Shown piece by piece: positions 28,134-39,991 of a stretch of 64,000 nt of DNA (its first letter is position 1; every line of letters starts with the position of its first letter). A program made the position numbers and the translations under genes. A model generated the notes under the pieces. That model saw only the letters and a program-made list of their open reading frames with translations. It had not been told where the DNA came from and searched no databases. Source of the stretch: an uncultured Chloroflexia bacterium (GTDB lineage Bacteria > Chloroflexota > Anaerolineae > JAAYZQ01); NCBI GenBank assembly GCA_963701775.1, contig CAVPBH010000017.1, positions 128,729-192,728 of the forward strand. Direction: 5' to 3'.

Positions 28134-28163
28134 TTGACAAAGTAGAACGTTTGTGCTATACTT
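28134..28163 (+). promoter_or_regulatory. recA promoter with embedded LexA(Cheo-type) box: TTGACA-N5-GAACGTTTGTGC-TATACT
   Basis: Same architecture as the 14831-14860 promoter. -35 at 28134-28139, box at 28145-28156 (one half-site mismatch, GTGC), -10 at 28158-28163. recA is the archetypal SOS gene. Confidence 0.55.
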
Positions 28164-28194
28164 CGCCTATCTTTCAGTGGATGGAGGTGTTTGC

Positions 28195-29274
<1,080 letters not shown>

Positions 29275-29330
29275 CCTCGCCGCCCTTTCATAGCCGGCCG
29301 TCGGGCCCCGTCTGCGCCACGGCCTTGAAG

Positions 29331-29362
29331 AACAGGACAAGCGGCCCGCTTGTCCTGTTTTT
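29331..29362 (+). terminator. rho-independent terminator of recA
   Basis: AACAGGACAAGCGG-cc-CGCTTGTCCTGTT followed by TTTT. Perfect 13-14 bp stem. Confidence 0.8.
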
Positions 29363-29458
29363 GGCGGCTGCTCCAGCCTCGGGTATAATGGGGATGGTGG
29401 GATCCTCGCGCAAGCATGGCAGCCCGCCCGTTCCGAGATTGCGAGGGAAGGAGCCTTC

Positions 29459-30496
29459 ATGCGAATCGAGGTCCATTACGAGAGCGGTGGCTTCTCAGCG
29501 CTCAAGCCCGAGTGGAATGCCCTGCTGGGCCGCAGCCGCAGCGACGCGCTCTTTCTCACCTGGGAATGGCAGTCTACCTGGTGGAAGCACCTGGGCGACG
29601 GCAAGCTGCTGCTTCTGGGCTTTCGCGCCGAAGAAGATGGCCGGCTGGTCGGCATCGCACCGCTCTTTTGGTCCAAGACGGATCAGGCCCAATCCCTCCT
29701 ATTTGTGGTCGGCTGCCGCGATGTGTCGGACTATCTCGATCTGATCGTCGAGCAAGGGCAGGAAGAGGCCGTTTACCAGGCTCTCCTGGACTATCTGCAG
29801 AACGAAGCGCCCGCCTGGGATGTCCTGGACCTGTGCAACCTTCCGCAGGCGTCGCTGGTGCCTGATCGCCTGCGCGCGCTGGCCGCGGCGCGGGGCTTCC
29901 AGACGCGGGTCGAGACCGAAGATGTGTGCCCCATCATCGATCTACCGGCGACCTGGGACGAGTATCTCAGCCGGCTGGACAAGAAGCAGCGCCACGAGGT
30001 GCGCCGCAAGCTGCGCCGCGCCGACAGCGAGGCCGACACGCGTTTTGTCGTCGTCGGCGACGAGCGCGACCTGGCTGTGGAGATGAGGGCGTTCATCCAG
30101 CTCCACCAAAAGTCCACGCCCGAAAAGGACAAGTTCATGGACCCGCAGATGCAGGGCTTCTTCTTCGATGTAGCCCAAGTTCTGCAGGCGCGGGGTTGGC
30201 TGCAGCTTGCCTTCATCGAGATCGAGGGGACGAAGGCTGCAGGCCTGCTCAACTTTGACTACCAGGGCTCCATCCTCGTCTACAACTCGGGGTACGACCC
30301 CGGGCAGTTTGCTCACCTGAGCCCCGGCTGGGTGCTCACCGCGCGGTGCATTGAGCATGCGATTGCGCTCGGCCGGCGCAAGTTCGACTTTCTTCGAGGG
30401 AATGAGGATTACAAGTACCGCTTCGGCGGGCGCGACACCGAGGTGCGCCGGCTGCTGATTGCCAGGCCCGGCGTGGTGCTGGAGGCTACCTGCTAG
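29459..30496 (+). CDS. GNAT family N-acetyltransferase, CelD/BcsL-like (FemAB-related acetyltransferase fold)
   Basis: 345 aa. MRIEVHYESGGFSALKPEWNALLGRSRSDALFLTWEWQSTWWKHLG is the typical N-terminus of CelD-like 'cellulose biosynthesis' acyltransferases. A TATAAT promoter lies at about 29383. Confidence 0.7.
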   Translation: MRIEVHYESGGFSALKPEWNALLGRSRSDALFLTWEWQSTWWKHLGDGKLLLLGFRAEEDGRLVGIAPLFWSKTDQAQSLLFVVGCRDVSDYLDLIVEQGQEEAVYQALLDYLQNEAPAWDVLDLCNLPQASLVPDRLRALAAARGFQTRVETEDVCPIIDLPATWDEYLSRLDKKQRHEVRRKLRRADSEADTRFVVVGDERDLAVEMRAFIQLHQKSTPEKDKFMDPQMQGFFFDVAQVLQARGWLQLAFIEIEGTKAAGLLNFDYQGSILVYNSGYDPGQFAHLSPGWVLTARCIEHAIALGRRKFDFLRGNEDYKYRFGGRDTEVRRLLIARPGVVLEATC

Positions 30497-30508
30497 AAAG
30501 GATAAACG

Positions 30509-30928
30509 ATGGCTGAGACGGTTCTTTGTGACAACTGCGGTGCTCCCCTGGCTCCTGAGGACGGCTTTTGCGGCGAGTGCGGGGCGCCGCGCCCTACTCT
30601 GACACCGGGGATCGCGCCGGCCGGACCCGAGATCCCGCCCCGTTCCGTGGAGGCGACATTCACGCCGGCGCCGCTTTCCCCGCCTGCTTTCCCGCCCAGG
30701 GCACGCTCGGGGGGCGGGCGCACCGCGGCCAAGGTCATTGCCATCTTGTCGGCCGTGGTTTCCATGGGCCTGTGCGGCATCGGCCTGATCCTGGCGCTCA
30801 TTACCCCGGTGCAGGATGCCACCAAGCAAGACATGCTGCTGACATCGACGCTCTGCTGCTTCAGTCCGGGCATTCTGGCCCTGGTCTTGGCAGTCATCCT
30901 TTGGATCGTCGTGGTTCGTCGCAAGTAA
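30509..30928 (+). CDS. zinc-ribbon domain membrane protein
   Basis: N-terminal CxxC...CxxC (CDNCGAPLAPEDGFCGECGAP), a Pro-rich linker, and two C-terminal TM helices. Confidence 0.55.
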   Translation: MAETVLCDNCGAPLAPEDGFCGECGAPRPTLTPGIAPAGPEIPPRSVEATFTPAPLSPPAFPPRARSGGGRTAAKVIAILSAVVSMGLCGIGLILALITPVQDATKQDMLLTSTLCCFSPGILALVLAVILWIVVVRRK

Positions 30929-30999
30929 GCGAAAGTGACGGAAGTGGCTCGGTCGGGATGGATTCGCTGCGCTCACCACAGGGACCGGCCACAGCAGGG

Positions 31000-32913
31000 C
31001 TAAGGGGGCGGAAAGCTGAGGGAGGGCTCCGTCCGCTCGCGGCCGGCCATGCGCCAACGGCCCTCTTCTAGCGCGAACGTCACTCCAAAGAGCCGGCCGT
31101 CCTCGGGATACTCCGCCCCGTCCACCCGTGCGTGGACCAGGACCACGCCCCGGGCACTCTGGCCGTCTCCCGCCACATCCAGGCGAACTACTTCCTGCCG
31201 GTAGGCGGTGAAGGGCAACTGCAGCGTCTCGGTCAGCGCCGCCGGCGGTGTGTAGGTGGTCTCCCAGGTATCCAGAAACGCTTCCATGCCCGCACGGAGC
31301 ACCGCCCGATCCTGATCGGCGATCAGCTCCAGGATTTCCAGGCGGGCCTCCAGCGATGGCCGGACTAGATCGCCTCCGGCATCCAGCGAAGCCTCTACAT
31401 CGTCCAGAAGTGCCGCAGCGCCGCCGGGATCGCCGCCCTTCAGGCGCTCCTGCGCGGCGATAAGCGCGGTCTCAAGCGCGACATTGGCGGGCGCCTGTTT
31501 CTGCCGCAAAAAGATCTTGAGCGTGTCGCTGGTCCAGTCTGCCGGCGACTGGTCGGGCAGGATCCGGGCATCGGGGTCCATCGCCGTCTCGTAGCGACGC
31601 ATCATGTCAAAGGAGCGGACGGTCAGGTCCCAGGTCTGGGCCTCTTCGGGCGTGGGGGACAGGCTCTTGAGGTAGGCCAGCCAATCGGCCTCCAGGGCAG
31701 CGTAGCCTTTGCCATATAGACGTTCGACCAGCTCCTCGTCGCGCTCTGCCTTGCCGGTGGCCTGGCCGTACAACTCCCGCATCTTGTCCCAGCCATGCCG
31801 GTCCACCAGGAATTTGACGAAGGACCCTGCCTCGAGATATGAGATTTCGTGCTGAAAGTCGTAGAAGGGCCCGGCGCGCAGCTTGGCCAAGGGGATGTAC
31901 TCATCGGACGCCGCCGTGACCGAGGCCCAGGCATCGATCGACTCCACGCCATAGTGACCGCCGCTCGCCCATACCGCCAGCCCTTCCACCAGCACACCGT
32001 CCGGGCCACCTTCTTCCTTGGGTTGGATCAGGTCCTGTGCCAGGGCGTGCGTTCCCTCGTGCGTGAAGTAGGACCAGGTTTCGACGTCGGTATAGTTCCG
32101 GTCCAGGTAGGAGATGAGCTGCACCTTGTCGCCGTAGGTAGCCGCGCCTTGCCAAAAGACGCGCGGCACAAGGTATATCTTCATCTGCCCGTCAAACTCC
32201 GCGCTCAGCACCCGGCGGGTGCGCCGGAACGCCGCCTCGGCCAAAGCGCCTATCTCGGGCAGGTCGCGCTCGGCGGCCGTTCCCGGCGCGTAATGGAAGG
32301 AAAAGTGCTGCGTGTCCGATACGGTCCAGGTGAAATCGGCCGGGGGCGTGTCGGTCGCAGTCGTCACATGGGCCAATAGGTTGGGGCCCAGGAGCACCGT
32401 CCCGCCCGATCGCACCGATTCGCCGGAGGTGTCGCGTACCAGCCACCAGTAGTCGAGCTCGGCGGATGTGGTCAGGGTCCGGGTGAGGCCCTCCTGCGCG
32501 GCATCGAGCCGGTAGGTCACGCTGAACGGGTTCGACAGGGGCCCGGCTGTGCGCTGCAGCTTGTGGCCGGCTTCGGTGTCGTACCAAAGGAGCACCTCCG
32601 CCACCTGCCGGTCTGCCGGCACCACGGCCTCCAGGCGGAATGTGACGCTTCCGGCGCCGTCGTCTACCACGGACTCTTCTGTGATGGTGGGATGGAGGAC
32701 GGAGGGCGTCGGGCTCGGGGGCGGCGCCGGGGTAAAGGTCGGGACGAGGGTGATCGAGGGAGCAGTGCGGCTCGGAGTCGCAACTGGGTCCGGCCGGGCG
32801 TTGTGCACGAGCCAGGCCCCGGCAAGCAGCAGTCCCACCAGCGAGACGCCGGCCAGCACAAGCCAGGCAATCAGCCGGCGAGATCGAGGTCGTGAATCAG
32901 AGCCCTTGGTCAT
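31000..32913 (-). CDS. membrane-anchored protein with HExxH (peptidase MA-like) domain and C-terminal helical-repeat region
   Basis: Start placed at ATG 32913 (MTKGSDSRPRSRRLIAWLVLAGVSLVGLLLAGAWL, a TM). The motif FTHEGTHALAQDL sits about 60 aa after a HYAPGT segment. 637 aa. Confidence 0.55.
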   Translation of the reverse strand: MTKGSDSRPRSRRLIAWLVLAGVSLVGLLLAGAWLVHNARPDPVATPSRTAPSITLVPTFTPAPPPSPTPSVLHPTITEESVVDDGAGSVTFRLEAVVPADRQVAEVLLWYDTEAGHKLQRTAGPLSNPFSVTYRLDAAQEGLTRTLTTSAELDYWWLVRDTSGESVRSGGTVLLGPNLLAHVTTATDTPPADFTWTVSDTQHFSFHYAPGTAAERDLPEIGALAEAAFRRTRRVLSAEFDGQMKIYLVPRVFWQGAATYGDKVQLISYLDRNYTDVETWSYFTHEGTHALAQDLIQPKEEGGPDGVLVEGLAVWASGGHYGVESIDAWASVTAASDEYIPLAKLRAGPFYDFQHEISYLEAGSFVKFLVDRHGWDKMRELYGQATGKAERDEELVERLYGKGYAALEADWLAYLKSLSPTPEEAQTWDLTVRSFDMMRRYETAMDPDARILPDQSPADWTSDTLKIFLRQKQAPANVALETALIAAQERLKGGDPGGAAALLDDVEASLDAGGDLVRPSLEARLEILELIADQDRAVLRAGMEAFLDTWETTYTPPAALTETLQLPFTAYRQEVVRLDVAGDGQSARGVVLVHARVDGAEYPEDGRLFGVTFALEEGRWRMAGRERTEPSLSFPPP

Positions 32914-33064
32914 CCGTTTGTGCCTTTGGGCGGGACTGCTGGATCTGGCTTGCGCCTCCGCCAGCCTATGGTATACTGGCCCGCGTGCCCGATTATACCA
33001 GCGCCGGATGGGACCGGCAAGGGCACCGGTGCGCGCTGGACATGGACGATCACGGGGACAGGAA

Positions 33065-34301
33065 ATGACGCAATCTGAAGGTACGCCGTCCGCACTCGCG
33101 GCAGCGCGGCGCATACAGTCGGCGGTGGCCGACGTGTTCACCGTCTACGATGTGACGGCGGGCCTGCCCGGACAACCCACAGGTGATCCGCCTGCGGGGC
33201 AGCTTGCAGCTCCCTTCGGAGCAGGCTTTCCCGCAGATCTCGGCGCGGCTGAGGGAGCTGGGGTTCACTGCCTGGCTGCGGGATGACCGCGAGAGCGGCA
33301 TGCAGGCGCTGCTGGCCATCCCGGGGGTTCTGCCGCAGGAAGACCGGCCCCGGTTGTGGCTGCACGCCTTGCTCTTTGGCGCGACAATACTTACCACGCT
33401 GTATGCGGGCGCCGGCATGGCCGAAGGGCGCCCGGCTGACGACCTGTGGTGGCCTCTCTTCCACCTATGGAAGGGCTGGCCCTTTTCCTTGGGCTTGCTC
33501 TCGATCCTGTTGGCACACGAGCTTGGGCACTATTTCGTGAGCCGGCATCACGGCGTGGCCCGCAGCCTGCCCTACTTTATCCCCCTGCCCCTGCCCGATT
33601 TCCTGGGCAACGTGCTGGGCACCCTGGGCGCGGTGATTGTCATGAAAGCGCCTGTTCCCAACCGGCGGGTCATGCTCGACGTCGGCGCGGCCGGCCCTTT
33701 CATCGGTATGGTGGTGGCCATCCCTGTTCTGCTGATCGGCCTTTCGCTGTCCCACGTCGAGCCAATCGTCACCGACCAGGCCTACATGCTGGAGGGCAGC
33801 TCGTTGCTGTACCTGGGGCTCAAGTTCCTCCTCTTCGGACGGTGGCTCCCCGGCGGCGGGCTCGACGTCTTTATCCACCCTGTGGCCTTTGCCGGGTGGG
33901 CCGGCTTGCTGGTCACCAGCCTCAACCTGATCCCGGCGGGGCAGTTCGACGGCGGCCACATCGTCTACAGCATCCTGGGCGAGCGGGCGCAGCGTCTCAC
34001 CTGGCCGCTCATCGGCGTGCTGTTTGCCATGGGCGTGATCTTTTGGCAGGGCTGGCTGATCTGGGCCTTCATGGTCTTGCTGCTGGGCCAGCGGCACCCC
34101 GGGCCGCTCGATAGCGTTACGAAGCTGGACGGCCGCCGCAAGGTGCTGGGGGTGGCAGCCATGTTGCTCTTCGTGCTTACCTTCACCCCGATCCCGCTCA
34201 CCATCGTCGATCCGACCTTGGGCCAGCCGGGGATAGAGGCCGCTGCGCTGGTCGCCGCAGGGCTCGCCGGCTTCTTCTCCTGGGCTAGGCGCAACCTGTA
34301 G
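33065..34301 (+). CDS. site-2 protease family (M50) membrane metalloprotease
   Basis: HELGH in a TM segment (LLAHELGHYFVSRHHG) and a second conserved motif (FDGGH). The N-terminus MTQSEGTPSALAAARRIQSAVADVFTVYDVT is in another frame, with an apparent indel near 33180. Confidence 0.75.
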
Positions 34302-34594
34302 AGCAGTCCCTTTTGGGCGCCTGAACGGGCACAAGGCCCTATACTACTGGAGCCCCGCGTAGCATAGCCCATCGTGGGCGTGGCGTTGCGTTCGGTCCAC
34401 CGGCAACTTGTCAAAGCCGGCATCCTGGAGTATGATAGACATCGAAGCTTGGCGCGGGATCCCGACTTTGCCGCTCGCTTGGTGCGGAGGAACCCGGAGG
34501 TGAAGGAGGTGGTGTACATCGGATGCGACCCTGCCCATCGATGCAATGATCTCCATTCCGTAACGACCATACAAAGGAAAAACGAGGAGGAACA

Positions 34595-35491
34595 ATGAAG
34601 AAGAATCTTTGGTTAGCCCTGTTGGTTGTGCTGAGCGTCATGGCCGTGGTCTTGGCCGGCTGCGGCAACCCCGATCTCGGCACCGCCGAGAACCCCATCA
34701 TCATGTCGTTCGTCCCGTCCGGCGACACGCAGGAGATCATCGCCAGCGGTGACACCCTGGCGAAGATGGTAGCGGACAAGACCGGGCTCGTCATCACCGC
34801 CAACGTCGGCACCGACTTTGCCGCGGTGCGCGAGGCGATGTGCGCCGGCAAGGCCCCGATCGCGTGGCTCAACACCTTCAACTACATCCTGGCCCACGAA
34901 AAGTGCGGGGCGGAAGTGGGTCTGGCGACCCAACGGTTTGGCGCTACCACCTACAAGGGCATCATCATCGTCAGGGCGGATAGCGGCATCGCGACGCTCG
35001 CCGACCTCAAGGGCAAGACGATGTGCTGGGTCGATCCCAACTCGACCTCCGGCTACATCATCCCGCGCATCTACATGAAGGCCAATGGCCTTGACCCCGA
35101 CACCGACTTTGCAGACACGGTTGAAGCCGGCTCTCACAACAACGTAGTCACGGCCGTCTACAACGGCGACTGCGATGCCGGAGCCGTCTATTCCGACGCC
35201 CGCAGCTCCATTGAGAAGGATTTCCCCGATGTGAAGGACAAGGTCAGCATCCTGGCTACCACGACCGATATCCCCAACGACGGTGTGGACTTTTCCAAGG
35301 ACTTTCCGGCTGACCTGCGGGAAAAGATCGTCAATGCCCTGCTCGAGATCGCAGGCTCAGAAGAGGGCGTGGCGGCCTTGAATACGCTGTATTCGATCGA
35401 CGGGCTGCAGGCAGTCGACGACACCTTCTACGATGGCTTCCGGGCCGACCTGAGCAAGGCCGGCATCAACATCGAAGACCTGGTCAAGTAG
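34595..35491 (+). CDS. phnD: phosphonate/phosphite ABC transporter substrate-binding lipoprotein
   Basis: Signal plus lipobox (VVLAGCG). PhnD-family. Followed by phnC and phnE. Confidence 0.85.
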   Translation: MKKNLWLALLVVLSVMAVVLAGCGNPDLGTAENPIIMSFVPSGDTQEIIASGDTLAKMVADKTGLVITANVGTDFAAVREAMCAGKAPIAWLNTFNYILAHEKCGAEVGLATQRFGATTYKGIIIVRADSGIATLADLKGKTMCWVDPNSTSGYIIPRIYMKANGLDPDTDFADTVEAGSHNNVVTAVYNGDCDAGAVYSDARSSIEKDFPDVKDKVSILATTTDIPNDGVDFSKDFPADLREKIVNALLEIAGSEEGVAALNTLYSIDGLQAVDDTFYDGFRADLSKAGINIEDLVK

Positions 35492-35497
35492 GATCGG

Positions 35498-35532
35498 CAG
35501 ATCTGCCAAAGGGAGAGAGGCTCGCCTCTCTC
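35498..35532 (+). terminator. intergenic hairpin between phnD and phnC (partial terminator / mRNA-stabilising stem-loop)
   Basis: AAAGGGAGAGAGG-ctcg-CCTCTCTCCCTTT followed by cttgtgtg. Preceded by the 12-bp palindrome GGCAGATCTGCC. Confidence 0.5.
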
Positions 35533-35608
35533 CCTTTCTTGTGTGCTCGATCTCACCGCAGGGGTGCAGCGCCCTGTACCCTGCGCAAAGACAGGGAGGT
35601 AGAACCGC

Positions 35609-36388
<780 letters not shown>

Positions 36389-36401
36389 GCAGGCCCACAG
36401 C

Positions 36402-38990
36402 ATGAACAACCAGAAACGCAACGGCGCGCCTTCCCGCTCCGGCTTGCCGGGGTTCCTGCCGCCTCTCCTCTCGCTGGCCCTGCCCGGCAGCGGGCAGTTC
36501 CTCCTGCGCGAGCGAGGACGGGGCATTGCCCTGCTTGTTGCCATCCTCGTGCTCGCGGCCCTGATCCTCTGGCAGGGCGCCACCGTCCTGTGGGCCCCCC
36601 TAATCGCCATCTGGCTCTGGGGCGCGTGGGATGCCTATCGCCTGCGGGCGGGGCACAAGGGGCGCCTGGGCGCGCCTCTGCTTCTCGTTGCGCTGATCGT
36701 CTATGGCCTCGGCTTCAAGGCCACCGATGTCCGGCCTGCGCGCCTGGTGACCGGGCTGCCGGGCGTCATGCCCTACTTGAGGGCGCTGACCGAGCCGGAG
36801 CTGATGACGCACCCTACCCAGGATGTGCGCGGCACGGTGCCTTTCCAGGTGCCATGCATTGATCCGCTGCCTGCTCCTTCCGTCAGCCCCTCCAAGCAAC
36901 CTAGCGTAACGGTCAGTGTGCCGTGTGCCAAGGTGGGTGATTCGATCGAGATCCGGGGCGAAGGGTATGTCGCCAACTCGGAGGGTGAGCTGTGGTGGCA
37001 GAACCCCATCGGCGATCTGCAACAGGTTGTCCAGGACGGCCGGCAGGTCACATTCGTCACCGACCAGGAGGGCAAGTTCATTGCCACCTTCAAGGTGCCG
37101 TTGGCCGTGCCGCTCACCCAATTGCCCGAAGAGGGCGAAACGCAGACCCACACCATCATTGTCGAGCAGCACATTCCCTACGGCGGCTGGGTGCCGACCC
37201 AGACCTTGAGCCTGGTGCTCGAAAAGATCGGCGAGACGGTGGCCATGGCCTTCATCGCCACCGTGCTGGGCATGATCTTTGCCATCCCGATCAGTTTCCT
37301 GGCTGCCCGCAACCTGATGAGCGGCAATCGCCTCACGCGTACCATCTACTTCGTCGTTCGAGCGCTCCTCAACATCGTGCGCTCGATCGAGACGCTGATG
37401 TGGGCCATCGTCTTTGTGGTGTGGGTGGGCGTCGGGCCCTTTGGCGGCATGTTGGCGCTGTTCTTGCACACCATCGCGGCGCTGGGCAAGCTTTATTCTG
37501 AGGCGATCGAGTCCATCGATCCCGGCCCCATCGAGGCCCTGAAGGCCACGGGTGCCAATGGGCTCCAGGTGATCGTCTATGCGGTGCTGCCGCAGATCGT
37601 CCCCACATTCCTCTCCTTCACCCTCTACCGCTGGGACATCAACGTCCGCATGTCCACCGTGATCGGCCTGATCAGCGATGCGGGCCTCGGGTTCCTGCTC
37701 ATCCAATGGATCCGCCTCAACAACCTGAGGGCTATGGCCACCTCCATTATTGCCATCGTGCTCGTGGTAGCCATCCTGGACTATACCTCCGCCTGGCTGC
37801 GCGAGCGGATCATCGCCGGCACGCCCATCGCCCGGAGGGCGAGCCCGCTGCGCCGGGGTGTGGTCACGGGCCTGGTGTTGGCCCTGTTTGCCGTCGCTTT
37901 TGCCTGGTCCTGGGGCGTCGCGCGGATCCGCCTCTTCGATCTCGTCGAAGGTACGCCCGACGGCCTGCGCATGTTGGGCGATTTCGCTGTGCCCAAGCTA
38001 TTCACCCGTCCCGCCGAAGAGCATACCGTCGGGGTGACGCTGCCGGTGCCCTGCGGCACCGGCGAGCAGGAGGCCGCCCAGACCGGCGGCGCGCGGGTGG
38101 ATCTGTCGCTCACCTGTGGTGCGGTGGGCGATCCTCTGGTGATCCGTGGCACCGATCTGCCGGCCAATGCCGATGTCTCGGTGCGTTGGGCCTTGTCCGA
38201 CGGTGCCTTTCTACGCATCAAGGAGAACTGCTGCACCACGGACGGCACGGGCAGCCTCACCCTGGAGACCAAGGTGAGCCCGTTGATGGTCGTGGACGCG
38301 GCCACGGGCCGGGCCGAGCCGGGCCGGGTCGAGATCGTCTGGAAAGAGATCGTCGGTGGCCCGCGGCTCAGTGACGAGTTCAAGGAGGTGGTCGATCTAT
38401 CGCTGGTCACGCTGCTGATGGCGCTGCTGGCGACAACGCTGGGATCGATCTTTGCCATCCCCTTGAGCTTTTTCGCCGCCCGCAACATCACCGGAAGGGG
38501 CCCGGTTGGCCGGGCCGTCTACTATGCCTTCCGCACCATCTTTAACCTGTGGCGCTCCGTCGAGCCGATGATCCTGGCCGTGATCTGCGCGGCGTGGGTC
38601 GGCCTTGGCCCTTTTGCCGGCGTGCTGGCGCTGGCCCTCAACAACATCCCCAACCTGGGCAAGCTCTTTTCCGAGACTATCGAGGAGATCGACACCGGGC
38701 CCGTCGAGGCGATCACCGCCACCGGCGCGAACCGCTTTCAGACACTCGTGTATGCCATCGTGCCGCAGTTGGTGCCCAAGTTCCTGGCATTCATCCTCTA
38801 CCAGTGGGACATCAACATCCGCATGTCCACCGTCATCGGCTACGTGGGAGGCGGAGGCATCGGCCAGTTCTTCCGCCAGAACGTCCAACTAAACCAGTAC
38901 GACGCGGCCGGCATGGCCGTGTGGGCGATCGTGGTCATGGTCTGGGCGATGGATTACGCCAGCGCCCGCGCGCGCGAGCGGCTAACGTAA
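36402..38990 (+). CDS. phnE: fused tandem PhnE-type permease (two PhnE domains, each with an inserted extracytoplasmic domain)
   Basis: 862 aa. Two copies of the PhnE EAA-loop region (ALKATGANGLQVIVYAVLPQIVP and AITATGANRFQTLVYAIVPQLVP), each preceded by a roughly 150-aa non-membrane insert. Confidence 0.8.
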   Translation: MNNQKRNGAPSRSGLPGFLPPLLSLALPGSGQFLLRERGRGIALLVAILVLAALILWQGATVLWAPLIAIWLWGAWDAYRLRAGHKGRLGAPLLLVALIVYGLGFKATDVRPARLVTGLPGVMPYLRALTEPELMTHPTQDVRGTVPFQVPCIDPLPAPSVSPSKQPSVTVSVPCAKVGDSIEIRGEGYVANSEGELWWQNPIGDLQQVVQDGRQVTFVTDQEGKFIATFKVPLAVPLTQLPEEGETQTHTIIVEQHIPYGGWVPTQTLSLVLEKIGETVAMAFIATVLGMIFAIPISFLAARNLMSGNRLTRTIYFVVRALLNIVRSIETLMWAIVFVVWVGVGPFGGMLALFLHTIAALGKLYSEAIESIDPGPIEALKATGANGLQVIVYAVLPQIVPTFLSFTLYRWDINVRMSTVIGLISDAGLGFLLIQWIRLNNLRAMATSIIAIVLVVAILDYTSAWLRERIIAGTPIARRASPLRRGVVTGLVLALFAVAFAWSWGVARIRLFDLVEGTPDGLRMLGDFAVPKLFTRPAEEHTVGVTLPVPCGTGEQEAAQTGGARVDLSLTCGAVGDPLVIRGTDLPANADVSVRWALSDGAFLRIKENCCTTDGTGSLTLETKVSPLMVVDAATGRAEPGRVEIVWKEIVGGPRLSDEFKEVVDLSLVTLLMALLATTLGSIFAIPLSFFAARNITGRGPVGRAVYYAFRTIFNLWRSVEPMILAVICAAWVGLGPFAGVLALALNNIPNLGKLFSETIEEIDTGPVEAITATGANRFQTLVYAIVPQLVPKFLAFILYQWDINIRMSTVIGYVGGGGIGQFFRQNVQLNQYDAAGMAVWAIVVMVWAMDYASARARERLT

Positions 38991-39030
38991 CGGCTGACGT
39001 AACGGCTAACGCAACGGCTGACGTGAAAGT
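38979..39030 (+). repeat. 4 x 12-bp tandem repeat (CGGCTRACGYAA) between phnE stop and HAD start
   Basis: cggctaacgtaa cggctgacgtaa cggctaacgcaa cggctgacgtga. Puts three stop codons in the phnE frame. Confidence 0.7.
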
Positions 39031-39922
39031 TATCATCGATTTCGACGGGACGCTGACGGCCGAGGAGACACAGGCGTGGCCGCTGGCCGCCCGGTGCCTG
39101 GACACGCTTGCAAGCGAGATCCTGTGCGTGCCTCGCCTCCGGCTGGAGGCGGAGTACGAGGCGGCGCGCGCGCGGCTGCTCCAGGCCCCGCACTTGTACG
39201 GGTGGAAGGTCCGCGGACTGCTTACGTCCTACTGCGATGAAGGTGCCTTCATCCTCAATACCTCGACCCTCCAGGCGCTGCTGAGCGAGAACCCGGGCTA
39301 TGCCGAGGTGGTGGCTGCCGCCTTTCCCCGGGCCGAGTACGATCCTATCGCCGATTGCATCAACCACCTCTTCCACCGCCACACCGCCGAGTTGCCTCCC
39401 GCTTTCCGGCCGGGCGCGAGGGCGCTTCTGGAGGCTCTGTCGAGCCGGGACGGCTGCCAACCACTCATCCTCACCAACTCGCTGGGCGACAAGGTCCTGC
39501 GCCTGCTGGAGACGCTGCATCTGGCAGCCAGGGTCAGCGTCCTGGGCGACACGCGCCAGTACGACATGGACCCCACCTGGACGCACCGCTTCCGGCATCC
39601 GCTCCTCGGCGACATCCAGGTCTGGCCGGTGTTCGCGGAGCGCAGCGTGGACCTGCGCCGCCCGGTCTACTACCAGGCTCTCCTCCAGGCGGCGGCCGAC
39701 GGCTCGCACCTGGCCGTGGTAGCCGACACCTTCTCACTGCCCGGCGCGCTCCCGCTGCTCATGGGCATTCCCTTTTTCCTGCTGCGCACGCCCTACACGC
39801 CCGACTGGTGTACCCAGGCAGTCTCGGCCCACCCGCTGGGGCGCGTGCTCGGGGACCTGGCGGAGCTGCCTGCGGCATTGGAGTCTCTCCGCGCAGTTGA
39901 CATCTTGCCCGTTCTGCGCTAA
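39031..39922 (+). CDS. HAD superfamily hydrolase
   Basis: A GTG start gives VKVIIDFDGTLTAEE (HAD motif I, DxDGT). The annotated longer ORF from 38549 would overlap phnE by 440 nt. Confidence 0.7.
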
Positions 39923-39991
39923 GATAGGGCCAGTTGTGACCTCGTCGCGCCCCTGGGCGCAGGCCACGGAGACAAAGGAAAGGAGAAAACC

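Noticed and set aside
38979-39030. CRISPR-like appearance of the short tandem repeats at 38979-39030 and 43105-43200.
   Set aside because: The units are only 12-15 nt and directly adjacent, with no spacers and no cas genes. They are simple tandem repeats.
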